Assembly: GCA_007133565.1 (NCBI GenBank) | Contig: SLMM01000125.1 | Span: 6,716-70,715, forward strand | DNA length: 64,000 nt | Direction of reading: 5' to 3' | Source of the DNA: Bacteroidales bacterium | GTDB taxonomy: Bacteria; Bacteroidota; Bacteroidia; Bacteroidales; PUMT01 | In this document: piece by piece, positions 55,781 to 64,000 of the stretch | How the letters are laid out: each line of letters starts with the position of its first letter | How positions within the stretch are numbered: position 1 is the stretch's first letter | Made by a program: the position numbers and the translations under genes | The notes under the pieces: model-generated | Database searches by the model: none | Told to the model about the DNA's origin: nothing | Seen by the model: only the letters and a program-made list of their open reading frames with translations

Positions 55781-58700
55781 ATGAAGCGGTTAGTCTATTT
55801 TTTCATTGCATTTCTCATGTTTAATGCCAATAATGCCGGCGGACAAACACTGCCGGCTGAGGGACTGAGGGATAACACACCCTTTGTGTATGCCATCACA
55901 AATGCCACAATTGTGATTTCTCCCGGGAATATTATTGAAAACGGTACGCTGGTAGTACGTAACGGTGTTATTGAAGATGTCGGGTCTGGCATACAAACCC
56001 CGGCTGATGCGTGGATACATGACCTCGAAGGCAGGACAATCTATCCCGGTTTTATTGACCTTTGGGCAGAAATTGGCTTTCCTGACCCGGATGAAGCCGG
56101 CAGGCGACAGTTACGTGCTCTCAACATCCCTGCTGAATATGCAGAGATTGCAGCACAGTTTCTTATACCTCCGTCAGAACAGCCCGCATCTTCAGGGGCT
56201 GTTCACTGGAATCCGCAGGTTCGTTCATGGTTTGATGCCTCTTCGGCCTACACCTATGATGAGGACAGGGTAAAGAGATACCGTGCAGGCGGTTTTGTAC
56301 TTGCCAATGCCGTTCCTCCTGCAGGAATATTCAGGGGCAGGAGCGCCGTAGTATCCCTCGGCGAAGATGACAATACCAGACTTGTAGTAAAGCCGGATGT
56401 TGCCCAGGTAGTCAGCTTCGAAAGGTCACGGGGACTGGGTGGAAGGTATCCAACTTCCCTTATGGGTGTTATATCGCTCATCAGGCAGACTTTTTACGAC
56501 ACGCAATGGTACGAAAGTGCTCATTCTGCATATACTGCTGGTGGAAGGGGACTGGAACGGCCGGAACTTAATCTTGCCCTTGGTTCGTTAATTCCTGCCG
56601 GTTCCGGAATGCAACCGGTTATATTCGATACAGGCGACGAGATAGGATTTATGAGGGCCATGGCAATAGCAGGGGAAATGTCATTTGACCTTTGGGCCAG
56701 AGGCAGTGGTTATGAGTATCGCCGCCTTGAAGTAATCAGGGATGCGGGGGTTCCCGTGATCCTTCCTCTTAATTTTCCGGATACCCCTGACATAGAGAGT
56801 CCGGAATCAGCCATGAATGTCTCGCTTGAAGATCTGAGGCACTGGGATCTTGCCCCTGAAAACCCGGGTATGCTGAGTAATGCCGGAGTCAGGATAGCCA
56901 TTACCGGTTCCGGCCTTGGCAACAATAAATCATTTCTTGAACAGCTGAGGGTGGCGGTAGAGAGGGGCCTGGATCAGGATGCGGCCCTTGATGCACTGAC
57001 CCTTACTCCGGCAAACCTGCTGGGGCTGGAACAGCACTATGGTTCACTGGAACGAGGCAAGGTTGCCAGCTTTGTGGTAGCCGACGGCAATATCTTTGAG
57101 AGGTCTGTGAAAGTGGAGGAGGTTTGGATCGACGGCAAACCCTATGAAGTTGCCGCAACCGGCAAAACCGACCTCAGGGGAAGATGGCAGGCAGAGCTTG
57201 ATGGTATTGGTCAAATAGAGATTGAGATAAGCGGGACAGAGACAAGGCTCAGGGGTAAGCTGAAAAAAGATGATAAAAGCGCGGACCTGCATAGGGTACG
57301 GACAGACAACCAAAGGGTAACCATTGGTTTTCGCGGCGATTCAATAGGTGTTGACGGTATTGTGCGCCTGTCTGCGGCAGTTGCGGAGAAAGAGCTTTTT
57401 GGCATAGGCGAGATGCCCGACGGAGAGTTTTTTAACTGGAAGGCAACAAGGTTGTCAGATCATGAAGAGAGCCGCAATGAAGAGAGCCGCAATGAAGAGA
57501 GCCGCAGGCCTGCCCTTATGTCAGAGCTCAGGATGCTCTACCCTTCCATGGAATACGGATTTGAAGCACTTCCTGAGATGCCTGACAATGTAGTGGTGAG
57601 GAACGCCACGATCTGGACCCAGGGGCCGCTCGGGCGACTTGAGAATGCCGATATGCTTGTCAGGCACGGCAGGATAGTTGAGGTTGGAAGGGGACTGGAT
57701 GTGCCGCGGGGAGCCGTTATTATTGATGCAACAGGTAAGCATGTAACTCCCGGGCTGGTCGACCCGCACCTTCATAGCAGCATCAGGGGAGGGGTTAATG
57801 AGGTAGGAAACAACATGACACCTGAAACAAGGATTATTGATGTTATTGAGCCTGATAATATATGGGTATACCGTCTTCTTGCCGGTGGCATGACCACTGC
57901 CAACCTTTTGCACGGATCGGCCAACCCGGTTGGGGGACAGGATGCTGTGGTCAAGATGAGGTGGGGAGCCCTGCCAGGCGAACTGCTTCTGGAGGGGGCA
58001 AAACCCGGCCTTAAGCTTGCACTTGGTGAAAATGTGGTGCGCAACACAAACCAGTACCCCAATACGAGGATGGGGGCGGAGCAGATAATCAGGGATGCCT
58101 TTCAGGCCGCAAAGGATTATGTGGCTAAACAGGAAAGATGGGAAAGGGAAAGAACAGGCATTCCTCCCAGGAAGGACCTTCAGCTTGAAGCGATGGCCGA
58201 AGTGTTGAGAGGAGAAAGGATCATTCATGCCCATGCATACAGGCAGGATGAAATGCAGATGCTGATGCGCCTGGCTGATGATATGGGATTCCGGATTGCT
58301 ACCTTTGAACATACTGTTGAGGGGTATAAGATTGCCGATATACTGCGTGATCACGGGGCAGGTGCGATTATATGGACAGACTGGAGTTCATTCAAGGTAG
58401 AGGCAGCTGACGGCATCCTTTATAATGCGAGAATACTGCTCGGCCAGGAAGTACTTACAGCATTGCATTCTGACAATACCCAATTGTCAACACGCATGAA
58501 CTGGGAAGCTGGTAAAATGCTTGCTACCGGGATAGATGAAATTACCGCGATGGACCTGATTACAATAAATCCGGCTAAAATGATCGGTGTTGACGAGATG
58601 GTAGGATCGCTTGAACCGGGGAAACATGCTGATTTTGTTATATGGAGCGGTCACCCTCTGTCCGGGTTTACCCATGCTGAACAGACCTGGGTTGACGGCC

Positions 58701-58849
58701 GCAGATATTTTGACAGGGAGCAGGATATGCTGATGCGTGAGGAGGTGCGACGGGAGAGGGCTGCACTTATCCAGAAAGCTTCTGCCGCTGCATCTGATAG
58801 CCAGGGCTCCGGAGGGCAGACAGCCGGACGTACAGCCGGGACCAATTAA
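55781..58849 (+). CDS. Secreted two-module amidohydrolase-superfamily protein (N-terminal module degenerate, C-terminal module with HxH)
   Basis: Signal peptide MKRLVYFFIAFLMFNANNAGGQ. Module 1 reads GTLVVRNGVIEDVG...GRTIYPGFIDLWAEIG, with no HxH. Module 2 reads MLVRHGRIVEVG...GKHVTPGLVDPHLHSS (HxH at 57767-57775), followed by IIHAHAY, FEHT and ALHSDN. The start was refined to the ATG at 55781. Confidence 0.8.
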   Translation: MKRLVYFFIAFLMFNANNAGGQTLPAEGLRDNTPFVYAITNATIVISPGNIIENGTLVVRNGVIEDVGSGIQTPADAWIHDLEGRTIYPGFIDLWAEIGFPDPDEAGRRQLRALNIPAEYAEIAAQFLIPPSEQPASSGAVHWNPQVRSWFDASSAYTYDEDRVKRYRAGGFVLANAVPPAGIFRGRSAVVSLGEDDNTRLVVKPDVAQVVSFERSRGLGGRYPTSLMGVISLIRQTFYDTQWYESAHSAYTAGGRGLERPELNLALGSLIPAGSGMQPVIFDTGDEIGFMRAMAIAGEMSFDLWARGSGYEYRRLEVIRDAGVPVILPLNFPDTPDIESPESAMNVSLEDLRHWDLAPENPGMLSNAGVRIAITGSGLGNNKSFLEQLRVAVERGLDQDAALDALTLTPANLLGLEQHYGSLERGKVASFVVADGNIFERSVKVEEVWIDGKPYEVAATGKTDLRGRWQAELDGIGQIEIEISGTETRLRGKLKKDDKSADLHRVRTDNQRVTIGFRGDSIGVDGIVRLSAAVAEKELFGIGEMPDGEFFNWKATRLSDHEESRNEESRNEESRRPALMSELRMLYPSMEYGFEALPEMPDNVVVRNATIWTQGPLGRLENADMLVRHGRIVEVGRGLDVPRGAVIIDATGKHVTPGLVDPHLHSSIRGGVNEVGNNMTPETRIIDVIEPDNIWVYRLLAGGMTTANLLHGSANPVGGQDAVVKMRWGALPGELLLEGAKPGLKLALGENVVRNTNQYPNTRMGAEQIIRDAFQAAKDYVAKQERWERERTGIPPRKDLQLEAMAEVLRGERIIHAHAYRQDEMQMLMRLADDMGFRIATFEHTVEGYKIADILRDHGAGAIIWTDWSSFKVEAADGILYNARILLGQEVLTALHSDNTQLSTRMNWEAGKMLATGIDEITAMDLITINPAKMIGVDEMVGSLEPGKHADFVIWSGHPLSGFTHAEQTWVDGRRYFDREQDMLMREEVRRERAALIQKASAAASDSQGSGGQTAGRTAGTN
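57464..57506 (+). repeat. In-frame tandem repeat, 15 bp x ~2.9 (EESRN EESRN EESR)
   Basis: The unit GAAGAGAGCCGCAAT occurs at 57464 and 57479 without mismatch, with a partial third copy from 57494. It lies in the linker between the two amidohydrolase modules. Confidence 0.95.
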
Positions 58850-58875
58850 AAATGTTACATATAAATAACTAAAGA

Positions 58876-60168
58876 ATGGATACAAAAAGAGTTATTTCAG
58901 TCACAATAATATTTATTGCAATTTTTTCAGGCATGCCGGGGCTGAATGCCCAGATGCCGGCAATTCACCAGGCTGCCCCGGTAGCCCTGAAAGGTGGCAC
59001 CGTTGTTACCGTTTCAGGTGAAACAATCAGGGGTGGCACCGTGGTCTTTGAAAACGGTGTAATTACCACTGTGGGTGTTAATGCAGAAATCCCTGCCGGA
59101 GCCGAAATAGTGGATATTACCGGTAAGTATGTGTTCCCCGCCATGATACATGCCAGGTCATCACTTGGCCTTTCGGAGATAAGCCGGGTGGCTGAAACAG
59201 TTGACCTTTCAGAACACGGAAGCATTAATCCCAATGTGCGTGCCCAGGTTGCATATCATGCAGAGAGCGATCATATTCCCGTTGCACGCACACACGGAAT
59301 TGCCATTGCCGTAGCTACACCAACAGGCGGTATAGTTTCAGGGCTATCAGCAGCCATGCTGACTGACGGGTGGAACTGGGAAGAGATGGTATACAGGGCT
59401 CCCGTTGCCATGATTATTAACTGGCCAAATATGGCAAATGCAAGGGTAAGGGACAACACACTGGAGGAGTTGTCTGAAGCCTTCAATGCCGCCAGGAGAT
59501 ATAAACAGGCCATAGAGGCAGCCGGTGAGCGGGGCGTGCCTCACCATAACAGGGATGTGCGGTGGGAAGCTATGATCCCTGTTCTGAAAGGGGAAGTACC
59601 TGTTCATATAAATGCAAACGAGATCCGTCAGATCCAGTCCGCCATCAACTGGGCTGAAAAAGAGAATGTAAGAATGGTGCTTGTTGGCGGAAGGGATGCC
59701 GGATATGTGCTTCCCCAGCTGAAAGAGAAGAATATACCTGTGATAGTAACCCCGGTGATAGGAGGTCCCTCCCGGCAGTGGGAAGAGTATGACCGGAGTT
59801 ACACTTTACCGCGAATGCTTTATGACGCCGGTATTAAGTACTGTATAGCAGGAGATTTTGCCCCTGCATATGCGATGAGGCTGGCTCATCATCCTTCATC
59901 AGCCGTTGCTTTCGGGCTTCCTCTTGAGGAGGCTGTGAAAACCGTCACCCTGTATCCGGCAAAAATATTAGGTTTTGAAGACAGTATGGGGTCGGTGGAG
60001 GTTGGCAAGGATGCTTCGCTGATCATTACAGACGGTAATATCCTCGAATTGTCAACTGTAATTGAGCAGGTGTACATAAAGGGCCGCAAAGTTGAGATGG
60101 ATGACCGTCACCGCCGCCAGTACGAAAGATATATGGAACGGTATAACCGGATGGTGGATCAGGAGTGA
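58876..60168 (+). CDS. Secreted amidohydrolase-fold protein lacking the canonical HxH motif
   Basis: Signal peptide VTIIFIAIFSGMPGLNAQ. GGTVVFENGVITTVG...GKYVFPAMIHARSS occupies the position where PG(L/F)IDxHxH is expected. The C-terminal part resembles the amidohydrolase fold (SLIITDGNILE...IEQVYIKGRKV). Confidence 0.75.
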   Translation: MDTKRVISVTIIFIAIFSGMPGLNAQMPAIHQAAPVALKGGTVVTVSGETIRGGTVVFENGVITTVGVNAEIPAGAEIVDITGKYVFPAMIHARSSLGLSEISRVAETVDLSEHGSINPNVRAQVAYHAESDHIPVARTHGIAIAVATPTGGIVSGLSAAMLTDGWNWEEMVYRAPVAMIINWPNMANARVRDNTLEELSEAFNAARRYKQAIEAAGERGVPHHNRDVRWEAMIPVLKGEVPVHINANEIRQIQSAINWAEKENVRMVLVGGRDAGYVLPQLKEKNIPVIVTPVIGGPSRQWEEYDRSYTLPRMLYDAGIKYCIAGDFAPAYAMRLAHHPSSAVAFGLPLEEAVKTVTLYPAKILGFEDSMGSVEVGKDASLIITDGNILELSTVIEQVYIKGRKVEMDDRHRRQYERYMERYNRMVDQE

Positions 60169-60332
60169 ACAGATCAGGCCGGCAATACAGCAATACTTAT
60201 CGATCCGGCCAAATTCACAGGTTTGTCACAATCAATTTTGCTTGTTGAATAAAATTGATTTTTCGTTAAACATATTTTCTGTTTGCCTGTTTAACGACTT
60301 GAATATATAAAATTAATCAAGGCAAAAAACAG

Positions 60333-61187
60333 ATGCATAATATGAAAACTGATAACAGACTTGCTGACAAAATAGCTGTAATTACCGGCGCTACCTCGGG
60401 AATAGGTAAAGAGACCGCACTGGCGCTGGCAGCCGAAGGTGCAACCGTCGTTTTACCGGCAAGAAATCTTAAAAAGGGTGAAGATGTAAGAAATGAGATA
60501 TCAGGCAGGACCGGGAATAACGGCATTGTTTTGATGGAATGCGATCTTGCATCATTTGATTCCATTCGGTCTTTTGCCGGTGAATTCAAAAAACGGTTTG
60601 ACCGCCTGCATGTCCTTGTAAACAATGCCGGGATATGGGAGAAGATGTTCAATACTACAAAAGATGGTATAGAGATGAATTTCGGTGTTAACCACCTGGC
60701 ACCGTTCCTGCTTACACACCTGTTGCTTGACCGGCTGAAGGCAGGGGCGCCCTCGCGTATCGTTAACGTATCTTCGGAGGCTCACCGCTATAACGGATTC
60801 AACTTTGATGATCCCGAATTAAAAAGTAAGTATGGCAGCTTCAGATCCTACAGCCAGTCAAAGCTGGCCAACATACTCTTTACCCGCCATCTTGCTGAAA
60901 AAGTTAAAAAAGACGGAATAACGGTCAACAGCCTTCATCCCGGGGTGGTGGCCACTAATCTGTTTGATAAGATCGGTCCGTTTATAAGGCCCATTGCAGG
61001 CATCTTCATGACAAGTCCACGAAAAGGCGCCGAAACATCTATATTTCTCTCCGCAGGCATCGATATTAACGGTGAAACAGGAGGTTACTGGGTGAGAAAG
61101 AAGAAGAAGAGGCCCTCGCGGGCAGCCATGGATGAAGAAGCTGCCCGCAGGTTATGGGATCTGAGCAGGGAATACACCGGTATATGA
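60333..61187 (+). CDS. Short-chain dehydrogenase/reductase (classical SDR, retinol-dehydrogenase-like)
   Basis: Cofactor motif TGATSGIGKETA, NNAG, and the catalytic S...YSQSKLAN (YxxxK). Confidence 0.9.
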   Translation: MHNMKTDNRLADKIAVITGATSGIGKETALALAAEGATVVLPARNLKKGEDVRNEISGRTGNNGIVLMECDLASFDSIRSFAGEFKKRFDRLHVLVNNAGIWEKMFNTTKDGIEMNFGVNHLAPFLLTHLLLDRLKAGAPSRIVNVSSEAHRYNGFNFDDPELKSKYGSFRSYSQSKLANILFTRHLAEKVKKDGITVNSLHPGVVATNLFDKIGPFIRPIAGIFMTSPRKGAETSIFLSAGIDINGETGGYWVRKKKKRPSRAAMDEEAARRLWDLSREYTGI

Positions 61188-61201
61188 ACTGGACATGCAA
61201 C

Positions 61202-63064
61202 TCATAACCTGATGTTGATGCCTGAAAATAATGTGACACCAGGCATCGGATAGCCGTAAATGATGGTATAATCCTGATCGAGGAGGTTTCTGCCGGACAG
61301 GAAAGCCTCGATATTTTGGGTAAACCGGTAAGAGAACATAAGGTTTACCAGGGTGTAGCTCTCTTTTTGGGGAGCGGGTCCGGTTACCAGTGTATAAAGC
61401 CCTGAAATCTGTTGCACCGATGTGTTCAGGCGGATGTTGCCCCGGCTGTAGGTGGCATCGGCAAAGAACTGGTGTCTCGGTGATGCCAGCCTGGGTTTGT
61501 CGGTGTCTATAAAGCTGTAGTTGGAAGAGAACCTGAGCTCACGGCTGGCAATCCAGCTTACCTCAAGCTCAAACCCCTTATTTGAAAAGGTTCCCACATT
61601 CTGCCTCATCATAGGGGGAGGAGGAGTTTCATTAGGCAACACCTCAATAACATTTTCTCCTTCGATCAAGAAAACGGTCAGTTCTGCCCTTGTCCTCGAA
61701 TAGCTACATTCGCGCCCGATACCCAATTCGTAGTTGAAAAGCCTTTCCGGCTTCAGAGCGGGATTGGGAGCAAAAAGGTAAAGCTCCATCAGGGTCGGGC
61801 TTCTGAACCCTTTCGATGCTGAGCCCTTAAGTGTGGCCTTGTCTGTCATACTGAATGCAAAACCTGCCTGGGGCACCGTTTCCAGTCCGAACAGCGAGTT
61901 ATTCTCAAGTCGCAGTCCCGCACTCAGCACCAGCCGGTCAAAAAGTGTCTGTTGCATGTATGTGTAACCGGCAATGTCGGTTACATCATGCCATTTGTCT
62001 GCCGCGCCGGGAACCCCGCTGTTTGCGATGCCGCCCACGTTCTTGTAATCGGCTCCAACTGTCAGCCTGTTCCCCGGAAACAGCCTGACACCCTGGTAGA
62101 GGCTCACCCCGGCGTGGTAGTCGCGCGAAATCCATCCATCGGTAAAATCATGGTCTCCGTAATTATAGAAAGCTATCAGTCCCCCCTCAACCCTGTCATA
62201 ACGGTTCTGAACTGACAGTGATGCCTTTGCCCTAAGGATGTCAATGCCAAAATATGCAGGATTGTAAATAGTCCCCGGATCCTGGGAGTTAAAGTCAGCC
62301 ACGCTGAAATCGCCGGTAACACTGATATTGTCATTTATATCATACCCGGCCTTGATAAAGCCGTTCACTATCCTGAATTCGGAGGTATCGCGGTGACCGT
62401 CGGTCCGGTCATGGTTTACTGATGCAAAGATGCTGAACCTTCCCTCCCTGAAACCTCCGCTGGCCATGTATTTCTGTGTATTGTAGGAACCATAGGATAC
62501 CCTGGCGTTACCCGAAAAACCGTCTGTTGTCTGCTGCCGGGTGATAATGTTGATGGCACCGGCCATCGCGTTTGATCCGTAGAGGATTGATGCGGGCCCC
62601 CTGATCACCTCAACCCGCTCTACATCGGAGGAGACATAGGCATCAGGAAACGGGTGTGCAAACAGGCCCTGGTATTGGGGGTGGCCGTCGATCAGCAGAA
62701 GCACTTCGGTGTTGGGAGCTGTACCTCCAACACCCCGCATGCTTATCTGTCCCGCCGACCCGGAGGCGACACCAAATCCGGTCACACCCCTTTCGGTCAC
62801 GAACATACCCGGGATACGGTGACTTAGAACCGGGAGGACCGCCGATTCATTGCTAAGTTCGATCTGCTCTCTCGACACCAGCGAGAGTGTGACGGGAACA
62901 TTTCTCCTGGCCACTTCAACCCTGGTGCCGGAAACAACTATCTCTTCGATCTCAAGAGTGTCCAGTTCAGGGATGAATTCCTGTTGTTGTGAATATGACG
63001 GCAGTTGCAAAACAATTAATGTCAGTGTGATGATAGTCAGCAGGTTGTTTTTTATTTTTCTCAT
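61202..63064 (-). CDS. TonB-dependent receptor (small, about 620 aa, BtuB/FrpB-size)
   Basis: Signal peptide, TonB-box-like EEIVVSGTR, plug motifs (IPGMFVTERG, ISMRGVGG, LLLIDGHP, RVEVIRGPASILYGSNAMAGAINI), then a long beta-barrel. Confidence 0.85.
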   Translation of the reverse strand: MRKIKNNLLTIITLTLIVLQLPSYSQQQEFIPELDTLEIEEIVVSGTRVEVARRNVPVTLSLVSREQIELSNESAVLPVLSHRIPGMFVTERGVTGFGVASGSAGQISMRGVGGTAPNTEVLLLIDGHPQYQGLFAHPFPDAYVSSDVERVEVIRGPASILYGSNAMAGAINIITRQQTTDGFSGNARVSYGSYNTQKYMASGGFREGRFSIFASVNHDRTDGHRDTSEFRIVNGFIKAGYDINDNISVTGDFSVADFNSQDPGTIYNPAYFGIDILRAKASLSVQNRYDRVEGGLIAFYNYGDHDFTDGWISRDYHAGVSLYQGVRLFPGNRLTVGADYKNVGGIANSGVPGAADKWHDVTDIAGYTYMQQTLFDRLVLSAGLRLENNSLFGLETVPQAGFAFSMTDKATLKGSASKGFRSPTLMELYLFAPNPALKPERLFNYELGIGRECSYSRTRAELTVFLIEGENVIEVLPNETPPPPMMRQNVGTFSNKGFELEVSWIASRELRFSSNYSFIDTDKPRLASPRHQFFADATYSRGNIRLNTSVQQISGLYTLVTGPAPQKESYTLVNLMFSYRFTQNIEAFLSGRNLLDQDYTIIYGYPMPGVTLFSGINIRL

Positions 63065-63160
63065 TTTGTAAGCTTATTTTTTTTATGTGGGTTCATATAT
63101 GGTTTTATTCAGAAGTGATTAATGAAGGGCAGGTTATTTCAAAGTTCGGCGAAGGCTTTA

Positions 63161-63562
63161 TCAATCCACTCTGCTCATGATCAGCTTTCCATGAATAATA
63201 CCACTGTTTCCAATCAGTTTTTCAGATAACAATGTCAGTTTTTTTGCTTTGCCTTTTACTGCGATGATCTCCATGCAGTTATCATGGGTCAGGTGAAAAT
63301 GCTGGGATGAAAGTATCAGATCGTTGTTTTCATGCATTATATCCTTCAGCTTTACAGCCAGATCTTTTTTCAGCCGGTCATAAAGCAGGACTATTGCTCC
63401 GGCCACAACGTTGTTGCATTGCCATTTTTTCTCGACAAGGCTTTTTTCGACCAGGTAGCGGATAGCCCGCGAACGGTTTGGAAAATTGTTCTCAACTACA
63501 AATTCATCGAGGTCCCTGAGCACTTCATTCTCAAGGCTGACTCCAAATCGGATTATGGCCAT
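63161..63562 (-). CDS. nikR: NikR-like nickel-responsive regulator (ribbon-helix-helix + ACT-like metal-binding domain)
   Basis: The N-terminus MAIIRFGVSLENEVLRDLDEFV...RSRAIRYLV is RHH/CopG-like. The C-terminal domain carries HFHLTHDNCMEIIAVKG, matching the NikR high-affinity site pattern HxHxxHDxC. The start was refined to the ATG (complement of 63560-63562). Confidence 0.75.
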   Translation of the reverse strand: MAIIRFGVSLENEVLRDLDEFVVENNFPNRSRAIRYLVEKSLVEKKWQCNNVVAGAIVLLYDRLKKDLAVKLKDIMHENNDLILSSQHFHLTHDNCMEIIAVKGKAKKLTLLSEKLIGNSGIIHGKLIMSRVD

Positions 63563-63742
63563 AGTAACACAAAATTTAAAATCGTGCCACAAATATACAT
63601 GACAATTTTTAAATGACACACAGACGAAAAAAAAACGGCTTCGTCTATTACACATGCCATGCATTTTGGGTCAATAGTGAAGAGGTTCCAACTGAAAGTC
63701 GAAATTTTCCTAATGTGCGGAATTATTTACAAATTTGTCCCC

Positions 63743-64000
63743 ATGAAACTTAGAGGAGACCCCTTGCTTTACAAAACTCTTGAGGAACTTGATATTTTGT
63801 TCGATTATTACCAGCACCCTCCGGTACCAACCGTAGAGGAGGCATCCAGGTACTGGAAGGATATTGATGCGGCCCATTGCAAAAACCTGTTTTTTCGCAA
63901 CCATAAGGGCAACCGGCACTACCTGGTCATATTCGAGTATTCCAATACATTGAAGATCAAAGATCTGGAGCAAAGGCTCAGGCAGGGCAAGCTCACTTTT
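63743..64000 (+). CDS. YbaK/ProX-like aminoacyl-tRNA editing domain protein, partial (runs off the right edge)
   Basis: Translation is MKLRGDPLLYKTLEELDILFDYYQHPPVPTVEEASRYWKDIDAAHCKNLFFRNHKGNRHYLVIFEYSNTLKIKDLEQRLRQGKLTF. The KNLFxRxxKGxRHYLV block is typical of prolyl-tRNA-synthetase-associated (ProX) proteins. The gene is not in the ORF track. Confidence 0.7.
   Translation, partial: MKLRGDPLLYKTLEELDILFDYYQHPPVPTVEEASRYWKDIDAAHCKNLFFRNHKGNRHYLVIFEYSNTLKIKDLEQRLRQGKLTF

Noticed and set aside
57521-58354. 277-aa antisense ORF inside the large amidohydrolase gene. Similar long antisense ORFs occur at 40046-40738 (230 aa), 17016-17648 (210 aa), 33180-33791 (203 aa), 30551-31111 (186 aa), 26493-27026 (177 aa) and 13367-13870 (167 aa).
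   Set aside because: Each lies entirely within a sense-strand gene that has strong family motifs (amidohydrolase, TrkA, HD-7TM, PFOR, Rho, SDH-like, ROK). The translations are compositionally odd (Cys/His/Pro/Arg-rich or Ser-rich) and carry no motifs. They are best explained as stop-codon-poor frames opposite real genes.
63563-63664. 34-codon N-terminal extension of the NikR-like ORF (MHGMCNRRSRFFFVCVSF...)
   Set aside because: NikR/CopG proteins begin with the ribbon strand (MAIIRFGVSL). The extension is Cys/Phe-rich with no match to the family and covers the likely promoter region.
63729-63738. Perfect 10-bp palindrome ACAAATTTGT just upstream of the ProX-like ATG, considered as a NikR operator
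   Set aside because: It does not resemble known NikR half-sites (GTATGA-N16-TCATAC or TATWATT-N11-AATWATA). It is short and AT-rich, and it is closer to the divergent neighbour's start than to nikR.

Overview
The window reads as a chromosomal, mostly housekeeping segment of a Bacteroidota genome. Supporting signs are a tmRNA with tag GENNYALAA, a 286-aa sigma-A, TAnnTTTG -7 promoter boxes, a FISUMP lipoprotein, DUF4199, an STN/CarboxypepD_reg protein and ftsK-lolA synteny. The organism is probably anaerobic or facultative, given PFOR/nifJ and carbamate kinase. I call about 53 protein-coding genes, most of them recognised from catalytic or family motifs in the supplied translations. Two ncRNAs are invisible to the ORF track: tmRNA at 25741-26130 (-) and a small SRP RNA at 43555-43651 (-). 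Two edge-truncated genes are also missing from the track: a GntR/HutC regulator at 1-432 (-) and a YbaK/ProX-like gene at 63743-64000 (+). I also call two small unlisted ORFs, several intrinsic terminators and two in-frame coding tandem repeats. I see no transposase, integrase, phage genes, CRISPR array, rRNA or tRNA, and no obvious defence island. The most unusual content, in order: (1) An ECF sigma/FecR module at 5150-9641 whose partner protein has the STN + CarboxypepD_reg N-terminus of a SusC-type transducer but no room for a plug and barrel. It shares an uncharacterised ~370-aa domain with a paralogue just upstream. (2) Two tandem secreted amidohydrolase-fold proteins in which two of the three fold copies have lost the HxH metal motif. 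(3) A BlaI / M56-TonB_C sensor pair. (4) A nikR-TonB-dependent receptor pair. (5) A signal-peptide-bearing RraA-like protein inside a putative muropeptide/amino-sugar locus. (6) A perfect 24-bp x5 repeat in the Rho N-terminal insertion. All functional calls rest on motif recognition by eye. No database search was run, and none of the candidate novel items is proven.
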